This document shows, one piece after another, positions 46,900 to 57,249 of a stretch of 64,000 bases of DNA (its first letter is position 1; each line of letters begins with the position of its first letter). The DNA is from Amoebophrya sp. A120 (Eukaryota > Protista > Dinoflagellata), in the NCBI GenBank assembly GCA_905178155.1, contig CAJINV010000020.1:62001-126000 (forward strand). Reading direction: 5' to 3'. The notes below the pieces were generated by a model that was not told the DNA's origin, did no database searches, and worked only from the letters and a program-made list of their open reading frames with translations. The position numbers and the translations under genes were made by a program.

Positions 46900-49800
46900 T
46901 TATTTTCCTGATAAAGTACTCATTCTGTACTTGTAGTCTAAGCGGAAATCGAAATTCGAATCGAAAAAATCATATTTGCTCATAATCCGTCCTGTTCGCC
47001 GACATATCCTATCGGGATCCAGGTCTTCAGACTGTAGGCGACGGCATATGGATTGCAAATATCCCTGGGTGTGGAAGAATGCAAGTTTGTCATGCTTGTC
47101 TGGCATGACTCGAGAGTCTGTGTTGCATAGGCACGAAAAGGGGCTCTTACCTGTCACGCTGCAAGAACGCAGTTTGCCATGCGGAATACGAAACACATGG
47201 CAGCCAAAAAATGTGTCAACATGCATAGCTGCGTATTGCAGTGCGTCTATCATTTCTTTTATAGCATTACAAGTTTATTCCAGATCCAGACATATTTGCA
47301 TTTGATACGGCGTTCACCCGATTTACTATTTCGTGCGTTCCTGCTCGTTTTTCGTTTTCCTCGCTTAGTTGAGGTAGAGGAAGACGTACGATCCACGTAA
47401 GGCAGTCGTGTTGAGGAGGAGTAAGAGTAGTTCTTGGCGAGACGACCTGTAGGTGATCGTCGTCGTCGAGGTAGCACGATTTGCTTCGAATACCACTTTA
47501 GTAAAAATGCATGATTAAGATTTTTATTTTCTACGAATGATCCCGAAAGAATGTGGTAAAGGAATGAATATCTATAGGGAAAACAAACCGCAACAGGGTG
47601 AGAACTCGTCAGCTCTACTGTACGAGAAACAACACAGCAGCGAGCTGCCTGGCTCCTGCCGAATTATACTTTCTTACCCAAAGATAATTTGCACATCTCG
47701 TGGACTGGCGCGTGGCTGGTTCCTGCTCTCCCTCGTCTCGCGTCGTTCCTTCGCTTGATCTCCGGCACCGAGGTAGTACCAGGAGCGGCTATCAAAAGTA
47801 AAAATGTCTGGGTCTGGAAACTTCTGATGCGGGGTGGCGTCTCATGATGAGCCTACAAATGCTGTCTCAGCATGACAAGTTTCTGAGCTCCTAGGTGTTG
47901 CCTATTCTGCGCCACGAACTGCGCTTCTGCATCGCAGAAAAACGGAGCTCTTGGGTAACGTGCATGACATTGGCGGTCTACCGGCAGGACGTCCGGCAGG
48001 ACGTAGACGGACGGGTAACGTGCATGACAGATTTTATGCACTATCCGCAGATGGGTCATCCTGTGGGATGAGCAATTCCTTCTGCGGAGAAGTTAAGGCG
48101 CCCGAATCATGGAGCGCCAACCCCTCTCCTGCCAGAAGAAAGCAGAAGCAAGGGTCTCTGTCCGTTTATAGGCACGAGACCGCATGAACCATCCGCAGAC
48201 CAGTGCAAAACGATACATCCCCCGAGGGGGTGAACCAGGCTGGGAGGGTGGGGAAAACTAACAACAGGCCCGAGGGCCATCTTCACACACATACAACTTT
48301 CTCAGGTTCTGGCTACCGTACAACATGCTAGGGCGGGGCCGATACATAAAATACCGCCCGCCCAGCCTCAGCCTTGGCTCACAGGCTCGCAAGACTGCTG
48401 CTGCCCGGGCATACATTTAAGAGTCATGCCAGACAAGCATGACAAACGTGAATTCTTCCAGACCCAGACACTTTTACAGTTGATAGCGTCGTTCTTTCGC
48501 ATCTCCGGCACCGAGGTACCAGCGGCTATGCATTGCACATATGTCTGGGTCTGGAAGATTCCGAGATTTGTCATGTTGGAAGGCTAAGGGCAGGGCGTCC
48601 CATTCGTTTATAAACTTAAAACGGTAGCCACCTACCCAGCAAACTCTGAGTGGAACAAGCACGGGCAAAGCGATTTGTCATGCAGTTTTTCAAGCTCCGC
48701 CAGGTCTGGAATGCAGGGCCTAGCATCACAGGTTCTGCAGCCCATTGGTGATGCCTATTCATTCTGCATGAGAAATGCCCCCTCAACATGGCCAGAAGTG
48801 GGGACCTTTTGCAAGTCATGCGAACCTGTACAAACGGGCACCCCTGACGGTACGGGCCCTCTTATACACAAAATGTACATGAGTAAACACGAAAAGTGTA
48901 CAAAAAAAGACCGAAATTGTAGAAAAGAGAAGACGGACGGTCCTGTGCAACCGGGCACCTCCGAACACGGATTTGTATAGAAAATAGCGAAAAAAGAGAT
49001 GAAGTCAGAGCTGGAAGATGTGAGTGGATAGCGCGCGCGCGCGCGACTTGATGTGAGTGGGAACACGGGCGCTGCAGAGCAGGGCGGGGAAGTGAGGGCA
49101 AAATAGCTTGAAAGAGGGGCAAATGTATTCATCTAGGCGAGCGACGTGCTTGGCTATGGCGGCGCCGTGCTCACGAAGGCCTGTAGATCTATTGATGACG
49201 GGCCCGGTGGCTGCGCGCGGCGTGTACATAGTCATCATGCAGAGTTGGGCCCTGTGCAAAACGGACCGACCTGTTAATCACGGGGCCTCCGGAGATTACC
49301 GCCGGGCCTGTGTATTTGGTAACCCTGTACGGTGCGAACGGGTACCTTTGGCGGCACATACATTTGTATAAAAAATGCAAATTTCGTTTGTTTTCCAATA
49401 GCATAATTTGTTTGCAGGTGCCTGTTTGTACTGGGGGCCCCGTACAGTACGGGGGCTCCGTTTCCACTGATACACATGCAACACAGATTTTTGTATGATC
49501 CGCAACACGCATCACAAGTTCGGATTCTTCCAGACCCAGACATTTTTACATTTGGTAGCGTCGTTCTTTCGCATCTCCGGCACCGAGGTACCAACGGCGG
49601 TCGTCGTGGAACGACCAGTCTTCACGGTACTCCTACGCAGTAGTCGCAGCTTCTCGTCCTCGTCTGTATGCATTGGAAAGAACCACTTTGTGTCCGGGAC
49701 TGGATGAAAGTGAAACTCGTGTTGATGCTGCGTCGCGAGGAAAACACATTCGTAGAACGCCACAATTGACGGGCCACGGCTCAACAGCATCACAAAATTT

Positions 49801-50341
49801 TTAGCTTCTAGGATTTTTGTCTGAATTCTGCACGAGCATGACAAAGTGCGTTCTTGAATAACAGAAAAATAAGGTTTTTGGATCAACTACACGTGCATGG
49901 CAAACCTGCGATTCATTTTCATGCTAGCCGAGGAAGACAAATAACCCTGAATTCTTAATATTCTTCCATAACCCAGCCATCTTTCCATTTGATAGGCTTC
50001 CTCCCCCGCTGACGACGCTGAAAAGTCATTGCCCCAGAGCTGCGCACCGGTGCCGGTAAACCTTTTTTTACGTTCAAGATGAAATAAGCGTGCTCTATTT
50101 GTCGTGCTAATTTTTTAGACCCGTCAAGTCGTGTTATTGAATGCGTTACCAAAAAGGTAACTCTTCGATGGATATACTTTCTGTAAAGCTTCCGTTTCAG
50201 CTTCGCCTCGGTCCATTCTGACATGCGCTCCATCTTCTCCGGTCCACTTGAGCAGTAGCTTATCGGTGCATATCGACTGCAAAAGTATCGTAAAGTGTTG
50301 GTGTAGTGGGTCGAAGTATACTTGAAAATCATGATGCACAA
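46900..50341 (-). CDS. Hypothetical multi-exon protein with a 12-aa tandem repeat; 5' extent unresolved
   Basis: In-frame joins across introners at 47047, 47790 and 48527 (GTSVPEMRKNDA repeats; GERRRLQSED); no domain recognised. Confidence 0.5.
47047..47307. mobile_element. Introner, family A
   Basis: TIR; flanks cggca/cggcg; removal gives SGERRRLQSED. Confidence 0.88.
47790..48485. mobile_element. Introner, family A, enlarged (696 bp) by an internal insertion
   Basis: TIRs intact; flanks gcggc/gcgtc; ends are homologous to 8849-9100 in reverse orientation; foreign sequence ~48030-48415. Confidence 0.85.
48527..49557. mobile_element. Introner, family A, enlarged (1031 bp) by two nested insertions
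   Basis: TIRs intact; flanks gcggc/gcgtc; backbone colinear with 34501-34763. Confidence 0.87.
48826..49474. mobile_element. Nested element with subterminal IRs and 3' hairpin (Helentron/HINE- or MITE-like)
   Basis: gtacaaacgggcacc (48828) / ggtgcctgtttgtac (49417-49431), followed by hairpin ccccgtac-a-gtacgggg; absent from the sister introner at 34501. Confidence 0.55.
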
Positions 50342-51479
50342 TTAAGTACTCGCTCCTACTTGACAGATTTCTTAAATTCTTTTTAAACCTCAAGAAGTTG
50401 TTTGAAAACTTCCAAATTCTGTATGTAGCGACTTATACCACGCACCAGTTCTACGATATAACTTTGTTTTGTGCTGCATAAGGATAACGCACAATTGATT
50501 GTTTCATCTTCCAGCAAGTGCGGCACCCGTTGTTTGAGCTCGTCCCGACCGGTGGCGTTGTTTGACACATAGTTCGCCAGGTGGTGCAGACTCAGCTCTA
50601 CTGTTCCACCACGAGCGCGGCGGTCTCCTGCGTTCGGTATGGAACTCTCAAACCACGTTACACTCTCAACTGTTACAATGCAAGAATGGCAAAAGTGAAA
50701 GGAGGAAGATTGCCATTGCGTCTTTTGCATTACAGATTTGAGACGGTGGATTCTAGTCCTATTTAGCGCGTCGAGAAGTTGCCATGCGAAGAAGGCTTGA
50801 TCGTGTGCTGTGAAGAGTCAGAGTGATTGCATGACAAATCATGTAAACAGTTGAGAATGCAACGTTTGAGAGTCCCATATTCGGGGCGGCTGAAATATCA
50901 CCAGGCCGACGTTGATCTTCTTCCACGCCCGGGAAAACCTCCATAAAGGCATTATTACCTGTAAGTAAAGGGTAAAAGAATATATCACTGCCTATGGAAT
51001 GGCGAACGACACAACCAAAATCCGCCTGGTTCTTCTAAGACCACGAGCTCCAGGGACAGGTCGGAAAGAAGCATCCAGCTCCTAACTGAGAATAAAAAGC
51101 ACCAGCGCAGACCCTCTCCTAGTTATACCCGGCGCGGCCCCAACGCCAAAAAGAACTCTCCACCTAGAAGTCCCGGTGCCGAAATAAACGCCCGTCGTCA
51201 GGCCAAGCTGCCAAAAAGTGAACAAGAACTCTGAAAGCAGTCAGCAACTCTTGGCAGAGAAAGGCTGCAGCTAGTACTGTTGAGCTGCTCTGGGGAAGGT
51301 ACGCTGCAAATTTCCCCCGGCTGGGGGAAGGCCTCACAGGCATTTCCCACCTCACTGGCTATTTGCTACCGCAAACTTGTTTCCCCCGCTGGGGCAGGCC
51401 CTCACGTGATCCTGCGTGCCATGTTCACGTTCACTCGCCGTCGCCACACAGGCTGCAGCATGGAGCTGCATTAACTCGG

Positions 51480-53820
51480 TTATTGTTGTTGTATAAATAT
51501 AGTACGTGTTGAAGTTGATGTTGACTCCTGCGCCAGATGAAAATGATGAAAAATAATTTCATGTGGATTATTATACTCACCGTAGCCTCCAAAAGTCAGC
51601 GTGCAGTCCGGCGAAGATGAATCAGTATCATCTCCGAGGCTGCTCGTCCTCTCGACCAGCATGAGCGGCGTCGTGGGTACTGGTTCTTGCAGCTGTTGTT
51701 CTTGGTCATTATTACTACTATTCATCTCGTCCAGGCGGCTGCGACCAAAAGTTGGTGTGGAAAGAGAGGACTTGTCTTCATCTTCCTCCATGATCTTCGT
51801 CGATGATTCGAATTCCTGATCTTGAGATTTATTTTCTTCGATTACGGGCTTCATGACTGCTGTTGTTTTGCATTCCTCCTGGAACAAAACAAGAGGCTCG
51901 GTCGAAGGCGAGACGTGCTGGCCGACTACGACGTCGCCAGGCATGCATCCTGAGCAAAAACGTCCGCAACATCCTAGAGTGCTTCGATCATGCAAAGCTG
52001 CAAGCTGCCCATAGCGTTTCGCATGCGCAGAGGCAGACCGCCACGATCAGCGCACGCTAATGCTATCTGAGAGTTTGTCATGCAACAATCAGCATGCAAT
52101 AAAAAGGGAAAAAATACCTATCTAAATCCTAAAACCCTAAGTCGTGGAACGCAATTGCCCGGCCGGGGCGGGCGAAGAAAAGTCGACGATGAAGCCAAAA
52201 TAACTAGCATGAGATGATCGATTAATGTGACGCGGCGGAACTACTTGCTAAACGCGACTACGTATATTACGAGCCCAATAAACTTGTCATGCGTATCAGC
52301 CAAAATTTGCCGATTTGTGTACTAGCAAAATCACCATCTTGACTCTGGGGAGGTAGGGACGTTTTTACCCGGGATAGCGTGTTGACGTCTTCTTCGCTCA
52401 ACAAGCTGCTGATGCTGAGGCTGAGGCTGCCGTAGCTGTTGTCTCTGTTCATTGGTTTATTGCTCCTGCTCGGAGTTGTCATCTGCTTATCTTCATCGGG
52501 CATGATCAAGACTGGGGTGAACGGCGAGACGAAGAGGGGGTCAGTGACCAGAGGCATCACTGCGCTTTTCTGGTGGTGGTCAGAAGTTCTTGTACTGGTT
52601 GTATTATTACGACTCTCCTCTCCTTTGAGCAGGACGCAGCTGCAATATGAGAGTCCACAACTCCGCCCCCTCGATCCCCCTATTACTATTTGTAATCAAT
52701 GCATGAACAGCAGTAGACGTGGGAGCATCGGCAAGAGAAAAACGCACTTTTTGCATGACAAATTCACACAGGATTGTACTTCTGTTTGCCCTGCCGGCAC
52801 CTGTCATACAAACACTGCTAGGAGAGTAGCGAAGGGTTTGCCTTTGCGTTTGGCTTTTTGCATCACAAATGTATGAGAAGGAGGGGGGGTTGTGCTTGTG
52901 CACCACTCTCATACGTGGTAAGCTGGAGATTCTAGGTCTTGTAGCTGAAACGAAGACAGTGGAGTTCTTGAAAGTGGTACTTCGAGTTCTGGAACTTGTT
53001 CTACCTTCTGCACACCTCCAGGAGCCACGCCTTGCGAAGTAGTTGATGGTGATGTTGCTACTTCCGGTTCCACCGCCATGCTGCTGTTACTGCTGATATT
53101 GCTGATCCTGTCGTCTTGCAATTCCTCCTCGTCTTCGCTTGTTGTACTATAGCAGTGGTTGTCACTAACAACTTCTGTTGTTGTCTCATTCACGACGCCG
53201 GAGGACAAGCAACGGCGAAATATCCACTTGTGGGCACGACGGATGAAACAAGTTCTCGTGCGGTCGCGCACCTCCTATACACTGCAAAATTATCGTACCC
53301 GTAGTTCCCGTAGTACTTAATAAAAATTGAGATAGATCAATTATGCGTGACATCAAGCACCAGTCATCTGTGTCTGGTAAATGCGCATGACGAATTCGAT
53401 TTTTGCATTTGCGAAAAAATGTAAGTAAAAATGTAATTCATGCTAGCACGATACTCTTGCACTGCATACCTTCTCGGATGCGTATCAAATGTAAAAATGT
53501 CTGGGTCTGGGAGATTGCGAGATTTGTCATGCGTTGTTCGGATCACGCAAATGGCGTCTGATGCAGGCAAAAGCATCACAGGTTTTGAGCACGCCTCATG
53601 ATGCCTGTCGCGCATGAGAAACTTCCTACTTGCGTGCCAAGAAATGGACAGCTTTTGGCGCTCATGCAACACAAATTTTTGTGTGTTCCAAAGTTTGCAT
53701 CACACGTTCCAACCCTTCCAGACCCAGACATTTTTACAGTTGATAATGCGAGAGTATGTGCGAAACTCTTCGCCGCTTCAATCATCGCCGCTTCGCCACC
53801 CATTTTGCTCCTGATGTCAG
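51480..53820 (-). CDS. Hypothetical low-complexity protein fragments (multi-exon, 5' end missing or unresolved)
   Basis: Coding-like segments 51480-51990, 52300-52645, 52914-53271 and 53746-53820 joined across introners. Confidence 0.35.
52646..52913. mobile_element. Degenerate introner (TATGAGAGT TIR), flanking repeats lost
   Basis: tatgagagt..cacaa / ttgtg..actctcata; internal gcatSacaa motifs; removal of element+5 nt joins ORFs 52909-53271 and 52267-52560 in frame. Confidence 0.6.
53483..53745. mobile_element. Introner, family A
   Basis: TIR; flanks atgcg/atgcg. Confidence 0.92.
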
Positions 53821-53875
53821 TATGCATTGCAAATACCCATCTGGGTCTGGAAGCGTGCGAGTTTGTAAAAATGCT
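53821..53875. mobile_element. Orphan family A terminus
   Basis: tatgcattgcaaatacccatctgggtctggaag with no matching cagacccaga end seen downstream in the window. Confidence 0.65.
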
Positions 53876-56420
53876 AGATTCAGCACCTCTCGTACTAGAC
53901 CAACTCAGATCAAGATCTTCACACACAAAAATCTATGTGGTGCACGACAGCTGCACGACATTTTATTTGATGCCAAAAGAAAATATACTACGTACCCTCG
54001 ACGCGGCCCCGGAACCCTCCTGGGTTTATTTTTAAGCGGTTGGGGGCGAACAACAGGCCCGGCCGGACGAAAGTCGTCGCACACAAAAATCACCTCCACC
54101 AAAGCGCAGGTCGAACCAAACAAGAGATGGTGCCCAGGTCGATCTAGAAGTTCGAGCACGTGGTCGCGCGCAAAGCCCAAGTATCGATCCGGGGGGGGGA
54201 GGGTCAACACTTGAAATCTTAATTTTTGTATTTCGTTTTCCATAGATAACAATAAATCCCAATTTTACAACCGATAATCTCGCCCCACGTTTTCATTTAT
54301 AATGAATAAGTCACTTACTATACCCAACTTACGGGGTAAGTATGCTTCAACTTGTGGAACGGCAAACGAAACCCACCTATGACGTGAATTCTTGTAGTTG
54401 AGTCGAGACTTGTATCATGATAGATATATTTCAATTTCATCTTTTACTGGCGTCAAATAGTAGTGCTAGTGTGTATCAATTTGAAATTGATACACACTAC
54501 TTAGTAAGTATACAGCCGAACAAGCTTCGCACAACATTCGTATGTTGATACAGGGATCTACTCAGCCACCCTTCTCACCTCCACCAGGGTGGGGCAGCAT
54601 GGACCCGCTCCTCGCTCCTAAAAAAAACAAAACCCCTCACTTGATGACAGGAGTTACCATCAGTATTGCCATGCTGCCGCTCTCCTGAACACGCAACACG
54701 GCGACAGTACCGGAGAGCACTTAATATCGTCGCTCTTGCTACACATACAGTTTCCGTGGCTCCATAGAACCACTTTAACAGGAAATTTTTCTGCGCGTCA
54801 ATATCTCTCTCTCGTCTCAACACTGCGGTCACAAAAACCAAATGAGTTCTGTTTAGTTCTAAAGGGCACGGAGAGTTTCATCAACGTCTCAGGAAGCAAA
54901 AGCACGCGAGTAGCCAGTGACGAGACCAGCTACGTCGGGGTTCGTAGTTGGTTCTAGAAGTTAAGTGGAGTCACGCTCTACTAAAAAAACCCTTTGAAAC
55001 CTCAGTCGTGTCGGTCCCAGATCTTCTTGTCTCTTGTACTCCGCCTACCAGAGCTACTTGCCATAGTCAAACTCAAACATCACAATCACTCTTCCATGTT
55101 GATAAATCAGTCGTCTTCGCGAAAGTCACTTAATTCTTGGAATTCTCATCTTAATCAAGAGCGCGAATGCAGAATGGAGCAACCGAAATACATTCCAGCA
55201 TAATAATCCAGTTCTCCGGCATCCAGGTTCTCCAGGTGACAACTTTCCAATCCGGGGCGAAATACTTCAAAGCGTGAAGAAGAAGATGTTGATGCCCGCG
55301 TGGTGGTCCCTCTGGTGTTTATCTACTTCCCAAACTACACATCCGGAGCGGTCCCTCAGCAGCCCCCGAGTCCTCCTTCGCAATTCGCAAGAAGAAGTGT
55401 CGTCGCGAGGACCCCGATTCATTCACCACGACGCCGTTCGTCCCAGGTTCGACCGTGGTGAACCGTCGTAGTTAGTACCACGGCGGACTTAAGTATGAAA
55501 GGCATCACTGAAGAGTACTACAACCAGTGCGCCGTCCCGAGGGCGAGGACCCATGGCTGGCGTAGTTGTACTTCTATCTAAAAGCAGCCCTTCTCAACAT
55601 CCGTCGCCTCGCTCGTGGTCTGCTCTGTCCGTTCCTCCCGCCAAGTTGCCGCACGTGCTCGACCAGATTCTCGCGGCGAAATCGCAGGTCAGCTTGTCGA
55701 GTCGTACAAGTACTGGTCAATCAACGTCCACATGGTCCGTGCAGGAAGCGCTAAAAAGTAGTTGACTGTTGCTCCCCCGCCCTCGCCATCGCTCTGTGCC
55801 ATACTGCCACGCTGCACAAAACGCTGCCACGTCGCTCTTTGCCACGCTCCAGGCGGGTTCGCAAAGTTGCTCGTTGGCTGTTGTTCCTCAGGTTCATCTC
55901 AAGGTCACTGCTTCAACTAGGCTACGTTGTTCTTGCTTATAGAAGCCTAAGCATAAGCGGTGTTGTAGCAGTCCTCGCGGGCGGGGCGCGGGCGGCGCCC
56001 TGACGTTATCGCAGACGTTGCTCAACGTAATACTTCGATGCCGGCGGCTGCGCTTGAGCTTGTTGCGTTCTCTGGGGCGGTCATCTTCGTGGTGTTTCAC
56101 GATGGATTTGCTCGTTGTCCTCGTGGCGGTGGCCTTTTGTAGTTGTTGTATCTCCTCATAATTCTACTGGTGAGTCGGCCAGGCTATCATCTTGTCCGTT
56201 CCTAATCGACTCCTGGCTTCTTGTTGCGGACCATAGACCGCGGTTGCTGTCGAAAAATCGAGGCCCGCGCAAGGTTGTAGAAGAAACGCCAGCCGTTGTA
56301 GAAGATGAAAGGCACCTCTTGCATGATCGGCGCGAAGAACCACAAGTCTACTGCTTGGTTCCCGCGAACTACAAGTCGAAGCTTTAAACTTCTTCACGTT
56401 CTCGCCGTCATTCCCATGCT

Positions 56421-57249
56421 TCAGGATAAGATGCTGATAGGAGCCCGCGGACGGGGATGCGCCCCCGACGTATCAAGAGGAAAAATTCCCCCTCCCCATA
56501 TCGAAACGAAGTTTCTGATGCTGGATTTCCGTACACAAATCAGATTTGTCTTGCAGTAGAGGACTGCGGGCATATGTCAAGCCTCGGCCGAGAGGTTTTG
56601 ACGTAGGCGCCTAGCATGGCAAACGTGTATGCCTTAAGCCCAACAGCATCACAAACCGCCTGCAAAATGCAGGGGGCTCTCTGGACTTGCCTTCTTGCAA
56701 GACAGACAAGATTTGAGGTCACAAATGTGCATCACAAATTTTCAGACGGATGCGTTTTCAATATGGGGAGGGGGGATTTTTCTTTACGATACGACGTCCT
56801 GGAGCAGTTGTGCGGTCGAAGTACTGCAGGATATCGTGGACGGGGCCTCGCTGATGTTGCTGCTGTACTTGTTAAAGTTGTTGGACGCTTGGCTGCCGCC
56901 CCCATGCGTCGAACCTCCTTGCTGATTTTGCGATATGCCGCGCTCGAGCAGCATGGAGGAGGACGTTTTGATGTTGAACTTGAGGCTTTGCAAAATGTCC
57001 ACCGGCGGCGACTGCGCCTCGTTACTATTAATGTTGCCGTTTGTTGTTGTTGCACTAGTTCCGTTTCCGGGCAGGAGATTTGTGTTATTTCCTGAAATTG
57101 TGGTACTTGCTGATGTTGTGGATGTTCCTGGACCACCTGGACCGGCACCGGGTATGTTGATCGGGTTATTTGCATTATTTCCCCCGCCGCCCGGAGGTCC
57201 TCCTCTTGTCCCCACGGAGAGGTTGATGTGACTATCGAGAGCACCTTTT
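56421..57249 (-). repeat. Duplicated copy of 39594-~40426 (CCR4 5' region), flanked by a 30-bp direct repeat
   Basis: Near-identical sequence including an unspliced introner; DR ttcacgttctcgccgtcaKtcccatgcttc at 56393-56422 and 57248-57277. Confidence 0.93.
56471..56791. mobile_element. Introner, family B (passive copy of 39644-39964)
   Basis: Same length (321 bp), same cgacg flanks and same exon context. Confidence 0.93.

Noticed and set aside
3019-53745. Recurrent ORF peptides such as KCKNVWVWK, LPDPDIF, FQTQTFL and IWGGGIF as a protein repeat family
   Set aside because: They are translations of introner TIRs, not protein domains
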